From: an uncultured virus (IMG/VR IMGVR_UViG_3300027804_000060)
Taxonomy: Duplodnaviria > Heunggongvirae > Uroviricota > Caudoviricetes
Strand: one strand, 5' to 3'
IMG/VR virus record: IMGVR_UViG_3300027804_000060
Length of the DNA: 64,000 bases
This document shows, piece after piece, positions 1 through 7,873 of the stretch. Positions within the stretch are counted from its first letter, which is position 1; every line of letters starts with the position of its first letter. The notes below the pieces were generated by a model. That model was not told the DNA's origin and did not search any database. It saw only the letters and a program-made list of their open reading frames with translations. Made by a program: the position numbers and the translations under genes.

Positions 1-225
1 AGATTTGGTTGGTGTGCCCACACGATACACGGCAACTTTGCTACCATCACCACGGGATTTGGTGTTGGTGTAAATTACATGACCTTCTTGACGAAGTTCA
101 TCAATACGTGCGGCAACGTTTTGGATGCCGAAACGAGCACGAGCCTGTGCGGTCGAAAGTGTGTTATATCCCTCTTTCTTGTTCAAGAAATTAAGGATAC
201 GGGTTTTTGCGGATAGTTTAGTCAA
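1..225 (-). CDS. Winged helix-turn-helix DNA-binding protein, 5' part (runs off the window start)
   Basis: Not in the ORF track; read manually. TTG start at 225 with AGGAG RBS at 233-237. Translates (M)TKLSAKTRILNFLNKKEGYNTLSTAQARARFGIQNVAARIDELRQEGHVIYTNTKSRGDGSKVAVYRVGTPTKS, open to position 1. The 'ARIDELRQEGHVI' pattern is typical of small phage wHTH proteins. Confidence 0.8.
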   Translation of the reverse strand, partial: MTKLSAKTRILNFLNKKEGYNTLSTAQARARFGIQNVAARIDELRQEGHVIYTNTKSRGDGSKVAVYRVGTPTKS

Positions 226-281
226 GATAAATCTCCTAATGACAAAGTTAAACAAAGTTCTTGCGTTCTGCAAGTATTCAC

Positions 282-310
282 ATTATACTATTACTTAGTG
301 TGTGTGTCAA
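282..310 (-). promoter_or_regulatory. Perfect sigma70 (early-type) promoter for the wHTH gene
   Basis: Minus strand reads TTGACA-cacacactaagtaatag (17 nt)-TATAAT. The -35 box overlaps the TGA stop of the endonuclease gene. Confidence 0.85.
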
Positions 311-999
311 CATATTTTGTGGTATATGTTTTTATCTGCCATTTTTTTGCTGGCAAATCCTTTCAATGAGTTTTGTCTTTTCCTTAAGGATTCTTCAGGA
401 ATAAAGTCCAACTCCTCATCAATAATTTTATTCAATAATTTCCATCCAATATCCAATTCTTTTTTGGCCTGGGTTTTACTTTCGTATTCTATACCAAAAA
501 TTATTACCGATTTTGATTGACCATTATATTTACCAGAACGAACATATTGTGGAAATATAATTTTACCATCTATCATTTTATATAGAGTTCTCCAACAAAC
601 ATTTAATTTTTCTCTTGCTTCACTTCTAGAAGCATAGGTAATACCATCAATAGTAACAGGTTTTCTTTTTTTAAGGTAAAAATTTTCAGTATGTTTATAT
701 CCAAACAATCCTTCTCCACCTAAAGTGCTATTATATCCTTTTTTTAGACTATTATATTCTTTTATAAAAAAAGGTTCCATCGTGTGTAAACAATGTTCTC
801 TATCTAAAGATTGATATATTACATTCCATTCAAAACCATCAAGTCCATATTTTCTTAAAGCATTATAGAATTTATATTTTTTATTGAAATTTGACGGAGA
901 TTTGTGTTCCCACATTCTTTGTGGCCAATTTGAATCAAATCCAATATATACTTTTCCGTTTATTTTATTTGTGGCTTTGTAGATAGAATAAATATTCAT
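307..999 (-). CDS. Free-standing GIY-YIG homing endonuclease (Seg-like) with two C-terminal NUMOD1/HTH-like DNA-binding repeats
   Basis: N-terminal SIYKATNKINGKVYIG, then R..EH, E.FFIKEYNS...GYNSTLGGEG. Duplicated module KPVTIDGITYASRSEAREKL / KSVIIFGIEYESKTQAKKEL. Very AT-rich. Confidence 0.9.
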   Translation of the reverse strand: MNIYSIYKATNKINGKVYIGFDSNWPQRMWEHKSPSNFNKKYKFYNALRKYGLDGFEWNVIYQSLDREHCLHTMEPFFIKEYNSLKKGYNSTLGGEGLFGYKHTENFYLKKRKPVTIDGITYASRSEAREKLNVCWRTLYKMIDGKIIFPQYVRSGKYNGQSKSVIIFGIEYESKTQAKKELDIGWKLLNKIIDEELDFIPEESLRKRQNSLKGFASKKMADKNIYHKIC

Positions 1000-1057
1000 G
1001 CTGGCATTCCTTTACAATGTTAGAGTAGGTAAGGACGGCAATCCTGTGACCTACACC

Positions 1058-1065
1058 TATTTATA
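1058..1065 (-). promoter_or_regulatory. T4-type late promoter (TATAAATA) for the homing endonuclease
   Basis: Exact TATAAATA on the minus strand ~60 nt upstream of the ATG at 999; gp55 is encoded in the window. Confidence 0.75.
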
Positions 1066-1068
1066 CCT

Positions 1069-2334
1069 TTATCTACCTACCTGTCCTAAATATTTTTCTT
1101 TAGTCTGGTTCCAATCCATGAATATCAAGTCATCATAGAACAAGGATTCATAAGATACATTGTTCTTTTTCTTCAACATTGATATACGACCTTTGGCATA
1201 TTTGGTTTTCCAAATATGTGCCAAGGTTTCTTCACTGGTATCAAATGATTTAACCAGTTGTTCATCACCAATTTCTTTCCTGAGATATTCATTGGTGTTG
1301 TTGTATAGAGGAGAGAAGTAAATTCCCCTCTGATGTTCGGTACGAATAAGTTCTTTTGGAATACCTAACTTACCATACGCAAAATTTAATGTGCGATTCT
1401 TGTGGTCACGCTTAAGTGGAAGTCCTTTTTGATTCTTAGCTTCCCACCATTCAAAATATTTACGGGTATAATTTTCTTTAACCCAATCATAAATCATTGC
1501 TCGAGTTTTACGTGACGGTTCAAAAGCAACCGAACCACTTGAGAAACCCATTTTGTTCCAGTGTTCAAGACCATCATACTGAGATAGGCCACCGGATTTA
1601 GTGTTGCCATAAAGGGAAGTAGTTGTAACTCCAACGAGAACATCTCCATATTGTCTTTTCCAATCATTTTGTACAGTATCAGCAAGGCACAATAGTGCCA
1701 ATAATTTACCACCCATATAATTAAAACCCAAAGGTTGCAAAGGAACAATTGTAGAACCAATTGCAGTATGATTAATCATACCCTGTTGTGTCTTAACATC
1801 TCTGGGCCAACCAATTGCGGTGTCTCTTGGAGTCAAGTCCAAGAAGTCGGACGATATACACATAACACCAAGATACTTGTCTGTAACTTCATCAACCACG
1901 GTGTAATATAGATTACGGCCAATGTTAGAATTATTCTTCATTGTAGAAGAAAAGGTGCGTACTGTATTCCAAGTTTCAGCCAAAGGTCCGTTAGACAAGA
2001 CTAATTTTGGTTTCAATTTTTCATAGTCATCCGGACCTTCTGGCATCCAAAAATTCTTCTTAACCTTTTCAACCAGTTTCTTTTGTGTAATGTCTACCAA
2101 CTGAACATCTTCTTCAAACAATGTACTGATTGTTCTAGTTGGATATTTCTCATGCACTTCTAACCACTTTTGATATAAGGTATACTCACGTACATCCATT
2201 TTTGATGCATATGTGAGGTCGTTAATCAATATATCTTTTAATTGCTCGGTATCAATATGTTCAAAACGATCAGGATCATTTAATACCTGCCATTTTTCCC
2301 ATTGAGCATCAACATAATCTATAGGTGTTGCCAT
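1069..2334 (-). CDS. DUF4338 / Druantia DruA-like domain protein
   Basis: 421 aa. Motifs GRNLYYTVVD...YLGVMCISS, VPLQPLGFNYMGGKLLALL, VTTTSLYG, SQYDGL..W..MGFSSGS match my recollection of DUF4338 proteins; not verified by HMM. Confidence 0.65.
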   Translation of the reverse strand: MATPIDYVDAQWEKWQVLNDPDRFEHIDTEQLKDILINDLTYASKMDVREYTLYQKWLEVHEKYPTRTISTLFEEDVQLVDITQKKLVEKVKKNFWMPEGPDDYEKLKPKLVLSNGPLAETWNTVRTFSSTMKNNSNIGRNLYYTVVDEVTDKYLGVMCISSDFLDLTPRDTAIGWPRDVKTQQGMINHTAIGSTIVPLQPLGFNYMGGKLLALLCLADTVQNDWKRQYGDVLVGVTTTSLYGNTKSGGLSQYDGLEHWNKMGFSSGSVAFEPSRKTRAMIYDWVKENYTRKYFEWWEAKNQKGLPLKRDHKNRTLNFAYGKLGIPKELIRTEHQRGIYFSPLYNNTNEYLRKEIGDEQLVKSFDTSEETLAHIWKTKYAKGRISMLKKKNNVSYESLFYDDLIFMDWNQTKEKYLGQVGR

Positions 2335-2933
2335 TAAGTTCTTGCTTGTAATTGTTTCATATTTTTAGGATTAAAATACTTGCGTCTAATTTTATCCAGT
2401 TTCTTCAGGCCAAATTGTAACGCAAGTGGTTTGACACGACTAGTATACACTAATCCATTCATGTGGTCAAGCTCATGGAGAAAACATCTTGCAGTTATAC
2501 CAGTAAATGTTTTGTTCCGTGTGATACCATTAAAGTCCTGGTATTCCACTTCCACTTCGGCAGGCCTGGTAATTCTCAAATTTAGGAAAGGGAAAGAAAG
2601 GCAACCTTCTTCCATGTGGGATTCACCTTTTGTGGAAACAATTTTAGGATTAAAGTATGCCACATATTCTTCAGCTGAACCCATGACAAATACACGATAT
2701 TCAAAACCACACTGATTGGCAGAAAGACCAATGCCGTTATACTTCTTACAGGTTTCTACCAGTGTGGATGCAAACTCATTGGCATTAATTGGTGCGGTTT
2801 CAAAATTAAATTCAGGCAACACCTTGTATAGTGCAGGATGATCCGGTGCAACCAAGTCGAAAGTTTCGACTGGTGTAGATTTAATCTCGGCCTGTTCGGC
2901 GGTGTTATATAAAACAATATCTTCTGTACTCAT
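2334..2933 (-). CDS. def: Peptide deformylase
   Basis: All three PDF motifs present: GIGLSANQ, EGCLS, HELDH. Confidence 0.95.
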   Translation of the reverse strand: MSTEDIVLYNTAEQAEIKSTPVETFDLVAPDHPALYKVLPEFNFETAPINANEFASTLVETCKKYNGIGLSANQCGFEYRVFVMGSAEEYVAYFNPKIVSTKGESHMEEGCLSFPFLNLRITRPAEVEVEYQDFNGITRNKTFTGITARCFLHELDHMNGLVYTSRVKPLALQFGLKKLDKIRRKYFNPKNMKQLQART

Positions 2934-2936
2934 AAT

Positions 2937-3704
2937 TTATCCTATGGTTGGTTTATCAAACAACTTTTTGTATAGTTCATCCACATCAACTACTTTAGAC
3001 CTAGAATCACACAACAAAACATTTTCATCGTACACTGGCCTAATAGCTAAACCATTGAACGACATTGTAGGCATTGCCTTCTTTATAAACAATAACATTT
3101 TTTCTTGGTATTGTTGATGAAATTTCCTTTGGCATAAGAAGGCTTTATTATTACCTATGGTAAATATTCTCCAATTTTTATAATTGTATTTCGACATTAT
3201 AAACTCACATACTGCACTGTTCACACCAGGATACTCCCAGTCATTGAAATCATCTACAGCAATAACACCATACTCTTTCATCTTATCTGCAAATAAAATC
3301 AAATCATTTAGTACCACAGGATGTTCATGGCAACCATCAATGTGTAAAAACTTTAACTGATCTTTGAAAATCAAATCATCTGGAAACAATGACATTGTAT
3401 CGGTTAATTTCCAAATCAGGTTTTCACCTTTACTAAACTTTTTAATATTTTTGTCGGCAATGACTCTTTGTTCTTCGGAAAAAATATCATACAGATAGAA
3501 ATTATCTTTGGTGTTTTTAAAATTACAAATATTAATGGCACTTCGGCCATTTGCAACACCAATCTCACAAATATCACCATCCAAATTGAATTGTACTTCT
3601 TGTAGTACACCATACATGAGAACAATATCGACTGGATAAAACCAACCTGGGACTTCTTTGTCTACTACATTTCTTTGGTGTGACAGATATTCATTGAAAT
3701 TCAT
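2937..3704 (-). CDS. Class I SAM-dependent methyltransferase (Methyltransf_24-like)
   Basis: Motifs ICEIGVANGRS, LYDIF, FLHIDGCH, GVIAVDDF...PGVNSAV. Confidence 0.8.
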   Translation of the reverse strand: MNFNEYLSHQRNVVDKEVPGWFYPVDIVLMYGVLQEVQFNLDGDICEIGVANGRSAINICNFKNTKDNFYLYDIFSEEQRVIADKNIKKFSKGENLIWKLTDTMSLFPDDLIFKDQLKFLHIDGCHEHPVVLNDLILFADKMKEYGVIAVDDFNDWEYPGVNSAVCEFIMSKYNYKNWRIFTIGNNKAFLCQRKFHQQYQEKMLLFIKKAMPTMSFNGLAIRPVYDENVLLCDSRSKVVDVDELYKKLFDKPTIG

Positions 3705-5419
3705 TTTGCAATCCTTGAAAAGTTTCCTTTTTTCTCAAACTTAATGACCGAACGGAACTTATCAAATAACTGGTCACCTTTGTGGGAAATAACAAACACA
3801 TTAGTATCTGTACCCATTTCATGTATCAACTTTAGAAATTCTTCTGTGCCTACTGTATCAAGGCTAGAATCAAACACTTCATCAAGTATCAACAAATTAG
3901 TATTGGTACTATTCTTTAGTTTGGCAATCTGTCGCCAAGTAAATAATAAGGCCAAGTCGATACGCATTTTTTCACCTTCGGAGAAATTGGCATAAGAGAA
4001 TTCATCACGGTGCCTACTCTTAATTGTTTCTTCAAAGTTTTCATTGATGTTGAAGTTAACAAAGAAGTCCATTGCAGACAAGTACTTGTTAATCAACTTA
4101 TTCATAATAGGTAGATATTGTTTAATGATCCGTGTCTTAATGCCACCATCTTTCAATAAACTACCTGCAAATTCATGGTAATGTTTTTCTATCAAAACAC
4201 TTTCATAGTTTGTTTTATACTCATTCAATGCGACATTCAACTCAATTAACTTCTGGTCACCGCCTTCCGTACCAGTCTGCTTGTTGGTCAACTCATCTAT
4301 CTCATTGTTTAATTTAGTGATGTAATTGCTTATTGCCGATATAGTAGAAGTGTGTTTAATAATTTCACCACTGTGTTCACTAATGTGTGTAATGATATCC
4401 GTAATAGATTTCATTTCAGTAGTTACTTTGTTTAACTCTTGTTCAATCTCAACCAAGCCAGTTTTTTGTGTGGTAATTTTTTGTGATTTTTCTTGTACCT
4501 GAGAATCTTTCCACTCAGGTGTAATTGATTGTTTACATGTTGGACAATCGTGGTTGGTTTCATAAAAGTCAATCTCTTTTTGATTTCGGTCAATATTAGT
4601 TTGTACTTTACCTTTGATTTGAAATAATCCTTTGGATTTTTTATCCAGTTTCTCTTTCTTATCACCAACCTTATTCTGTAGTACTGCAATATGTTTATTA
4701 ATCAATTGAATATCATTTTGCAGTTTGTCCATTTGCATCTTTGATTTATCAATTTCTTCCAATTTGCGTTTGATATCCGCATCATGGTTCTTTTTGTGTT
4801 CTTCAATGTTTTGTTTTTGTAATGTTATCTTTTCTTCCGTAAGAGAAATGGCATACTTAGATTTACTTAAATCATCTTTGATGGCCGAATTCTTCTCTTT
4901 GATAACATTGTTCATTGAAGAAAAGATTTGAATATCTAATAGGTCTTCAATGATTGCTCTGCGATCTGATGCTGATAACTGCATGAATGGAACAAAGGAT
5001 GCTGAACCAAGAATGACAACCTGCGTAAAAGACTTGTAATTTAATTTGAGAATATTATTCTCTAGTATCTCTTGATAGTCTTTTGCAGCTGCATCTTGGT
5101 TCAGCAATACATCATTCAGATAAATTTCAAATACGTTTGGTTTAATACCACGAACGACCTTGTATTTCTTTTGGCCAATATTGAAATGTACTTCAATAAC
5201 AGCTTCTTTATTGTTAACGGAATTTAGTAACTGTGGTTTGTTGATTTTACGAAAAGGTTTACCAAACAATCCAAAGCACAATGCATCCAAAATTGTGGAT
5301 TTACCTGCACCATTGTGGCCAATAATTAATGTATTATTAGACTTGGTAAAATCAATCTCAGTAAAATGAGCTCCAGTGGAAAGTAAATTCTTCCATTTAA
5401 TCTTTTGAAATAAAATCAT
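3701..5419 (-). CDS. gp46: Recombination endonuclease ATPase subunit gp46 (Rad50/SbcC-like)
   Basis: Walker A GHNGAGKST, zinc hook CPTC, signature FSEGEK, Walker B LLILDEVFD, ISH motif. Confidence 0.97.
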   Translation of the reverse strand: MILFQKIKWKNLLSTGAHFTEIDFTKSNNTLIIGHNGAGKSTILDALCFGLFGKPFRKINKPQLLNSVNNKEAVIEVHFNIGQKKYKVVRGIKPNVFEIYLNDVLLNQDAAAKDYQEILENNILKLNYKSFTQVVILGSASFVPFMQLSASDRRAIIEDLLDIQIFSSMNNVIKEKNSAIKDDLSKSKYAISLTEEKITLQKQNIEEHKKNHDADIKRKLEEIDKSKMQMDKLQNDIQLINKHIAVLQNKVGDKKEKLDKKSKGLFQIKGKVQTNIDRNQKEIDFYETNHDCPTCKQSITPEWKDSQVQEKSQKITTQKTGLVEIEQELNKVTTEMKSITDIITHISEHSGEIIKHTSTISAISNYITKLNNEIDELTNKQTGTEGGDQKLIELNVALNEYKTNYESVLIEKHYHEFAGSLLKDGGIKTRIIKQYLPIMNKLINKYLSAMDFFVNFNINENFEETIKSRHRDEFSYANFSEGEKMRIDLALLFTWRQIAKLKNSTNTNLLILDEVFDSSLDTVGTEEFLKLIHEMGTDTNVFVISHKGDQLFDKFRSVIKFEKKGNFSRIAK

Positions 5420-6483
5420 GCTTGTTCAGTATTCAATGCCTCTACGTAGAGTTCTTTCAATAATGTTTTTAACCGGTCGTTGTCGATACTTTCTTCTGTA
5501 ATGCCATCAACATACTTGTTTAATATGGTGAGTGTGTCTTCCGCTTCATCAACCACTTCATCACCACCTTCCAAGTCTGTAAAATCTTCAGCAATTGTAA
5601 TATCTGCTGGGTTCACATTATACAGGTTATTCATAAACTTGTCAAACAAATACGGATTGGTTTTGTTTATTACAACCACTTTGACATAAGTATTTGTATA
5701 TGGTTTGAAATCCATACCATCAAGTTCTTTAATGGTATTCACTTTGTCATCGTACATAATACGATGGAACATTTTGTTTGGGTTCTCTACGAATTCAAGT
5801 TGATGAGAATCCAAATCAAACAAATGAAAACCCCTAGCGTCATTGTAATCTTGCCAAGTAAGTTCGTATGGGTTCCCCAAATAGTGGATATCATTAGCAG
5901 AAGATTTGTGATGGTAATGACCACTAAAAGTGTGACTAAACTTCCTAAAAATTCCACGATCCAGTCCTCCTTCGGATGGCATACCACGATACATCGCAAA
6001 GCCTGCAATTTCAAAATGTCCCATACAGAATTTTGCATCTGTATCTTTTATCATCTTCATAGAATCATCATAATTCTCAGGGCAAATCCAGGGCATCATA
6101 CAGATTTTATGGGGACCAACATAGATTTCTGCCGGATGGTCAATAACATTTAATGAGATACCATATTCACCTAGAAGTAATTCTACCGAGTTTACATCAT
6201 TGGTATTCTTAAAGTATGTGTCGTGGTTACCGGCCAACATATGAACCTGTATACCCATCTCAAACAAAGGATCAAAGAACATTTCTTTGGTGCGTTTCAA
6301 AGAAAAGAAATTGATATACTTCCTTCTATCAAAGGTATCACCAAGAATCAATAGTGTCTCAATCTTTTCCTTTATCAGTGTCGGAAAGAATGTTTCTTCA
6401 TAAAACTTCTCATAGAAATCTAAGAAAAGGGTTGAGTCATTTCTCGCACCAAAATGCTGGTCAGTTATTATTGCTACTTTCAT
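5416..6483 (-). CDS. gp47: Recombination endonuclease nuclease subunit gp47 (Mre11/SbcD-like)
   Basis: Metallophosphoesterase motifs TDQHFG, LGDTFDRRK, GNHD, GHFE, SGHYH; adjacent to gp46. Confidence 0.97.
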   Translation of the reverse strand: MKVAIITDQHFGARNDSTLFLDFYEKFYEETFFPTLIKEKIETLLILGDTFDRRKYINFFSLKRTKEMFFDPLFEMGIQVHMLAGNHDTYFKNTNDVNSVELLLGEYGISLNVIDHPAEIYVGPHKICMMPWICPENYDDSMKMIKDTDAKFCMGHFEIAGFAMYRGMPSEGGLDRGIFRKFSHTFSGHYHHKSSANDIHYLGNPYELTWQDYNDARGFHLFDLDSHQLEFVENPNKMFHRIMYDDKVNTIKELDGMDFKPYTNTYVKVVVINKTNPYLFDKFMNNLYNVNPADITIAEDFTDLEGGDEVVDEAEDTLTILNKYVDGITEESIDNDRLKTLLKELYVEALNTEQA

Positions 6484-6896
6484 TTACTCTTTTCAATTTC
6501 CAATACTCTTTGCCGTAACTCAGTGGTCGAAAAACTGTGTTGGCGACTGTTAAAATAGACTGACATAGGTAATTGATAACCAGTGAACTGTTTATCCCTA
6601 TATTCTTCACCTATGATTCTAACATCTATTTGATATGAAGTCAATATGTCCATCAATTCTTTTTCAGTGGCATATGGTATAATTTCATCAACATACATAC
6701 AAGCCTTTACCTGTATGAATCTTTCCAAAACCGATTGTACTGGTTTATTTTTAATGCCAGGCCTATCAATCGTAGGATCAATCTGCAATCCAACAATCAA
6801 ATAGTCACACTGGGTTTTTGCCTCTTTTAGCATCATCACATGACCTGCATGGAAAAGGTCAAATGTGGAACATGTAAATCCTATTCTCATAATCAC
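6480..6896 (-). CDS. Cytidylyltransferase (TagD-like HxGH family)
   Basis: FDLFHAGH (HxGH), LIVGLQ.DP, NKPVQS..ER, C-terminal HSFSTTELR. True start may be the second Met (6890). Confidence 0.9.
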   Translation of the reverse strand: MIMRIGFTCSTFDLFHAGHVMMLKEAKTQCDYLIVGLQIDPTIDRPGIKNKPVQSVLERFIQVKACMYVDEIIPYATEKELMDILTSYQIDVRIIGEEYRDKQFTGYQLPMSVYFNSRQHSFSTTELRQRVLEIEKSK

Positions 6897-7438
6897 TCCT
6901 CAATAAATTTTTCAAGTCCTTTTGGTTTCTTTGCCGCATCTTTTTCGGCTTTCTTTGCCTTCTTAGAGTCCTCATAGTTACCAATAAATTCAGCAATATT
7001 ATCATACAGTTCAAACTGTCTACTTGAACCATCTTCACCTTCTAACATTTCAAACTCATCCAGAATACCATACATCTCTGTAGCTTTATACTTGACATAC
7101 AGTTGTTTCTTTTCCTTCTGTATGCGTCTTAGAAAGGCAAAGTAAATGATTTGTGTGAAGTATGCAAATGGGTTGGAAGACTTCGTTGGATCAAAGTTCT
7201 CAAAGTACATTAAACAATTCTCAATACCATCCGAAACCATCTCATCTCGGTATGTGTAGTTAATGAAGTTTGGTTTGTGTGACAGGCCTTCGGCAATTTT
7301 CATCCAACATTCACCAATGTAATTTGGAATGGTTGGTTTAGGTTTACCAGATTGTTCGGCTTCTACGCAACGAGCTTTGTAATCGACAAGTGCCTTTAGG
7401 AAATCTGGATTGTTTATATAATGTTTCTGTTTACTCAT
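6893..7438 (-). CDS. gp55: Late-transcription sigma factor gp55
   Basis: HYINNPDF...YIGEC..KIAEGLSHKPNFINYTYRDEMVSDGIENCL.Y..NFDP.KSSNPFAYFTQIIYFAFLRRIQKEKKQ; lies upstream of gp47/gp46. Confidence 0.95.
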   Translation of the reverse strand: MSKQKHYINNPDFLKALVDYKARCVEAEQSGKPKPTIPNYIGECWMKIAEGLSHKPNFINYTYRDEMVSDGIENCLMYFENFDPTKSSNPFAYFTQIIYFAFLRRIQKEKKQLYVKYKATEMYGILDEFEMLEGEDGSSRQFELYDNIAEFIGNYEDSKKAKKAEKDAAKKPKGLEKFIEE

Positions 7439-7460
7439 TCAAGTGTACCATAAAAAGTTG

Positions 7461-7489
7461 TTGACAAAGGGCTTGACATGTGTTAAAGT
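7461..7489 (+). promoter_or_regulatory. Putative sigma70 promoter oriented antisense to the surrounding genes
   Basis: TTGACA (7461-7466), 17-nt spacer, TAAAGT (7484-7489), with extended -10 TG at 7481-7482. A second TTGACA lies at 7473-7478. Confidence 0.5.
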
Positions 7490-7519
7490 CCACGGTGTAG
7501 CCCGGATGATATTAATATA

Positions 7520-7873
7520 TTAATGTATTAAGGAATTCTTTCTAGATTCCTTTTCCTCAAAAGCGGAGAGCACTTCATCTGTAAGTACCACTTCTCTTTC
7601 TTTTTTAGTTGATTCGTTTAGTTTTGTTGATGCATTCAGGTAATATTCTTCAAAGTCTTCGGTTGGATCCATCAAACACAAAATGGTTTCCATATCAATC
7701 TCAACCGTATTTTCTTTAATTACTGCCATAGGCAACCAACATTGTAACATCAAATTGCTGCCTCTTAATTCAAATAACATTGGATCAGTAATTGATATCA
7801 TATCATCTTTTGTATACTCACAGTCGCAGATTACATCTAGACCGTCTTTAAATCTTACTATTTTAATGGCCAT
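7520..7873 (-). CDS. Conserved hypothetical protein between uvsW and gp55
   Basis: 117 aa, overlaps the uvsW 3' end; IKIVRFKDGLDVIC N-terminus and position are typical of T4-like phages. Confidence 0.75.
   Translation of the reverse strand: MAIKIVRFKDGLDVICDCEYTKDDMISITDPMLFELRGSNLMLQCWLPMAVIKENTVEIDMETILCLMDPTEDFEEYYLNASTKLNESTKKEREVVLTDEVLSAFEEKESRKNSLIH

Noticed and set aside
9..194. 61-aa plus-strand ORF at the window start
   Set aside because: Lies antisense to a better supported minus-strand wHTH gene that has a promoter and RBS.
307..1068. Group I intron housing the GIY-YIG gene
   Set aside because: Flanking genes are complete and separate, and the flanks are too short for an intron core; the gene is free-standing.
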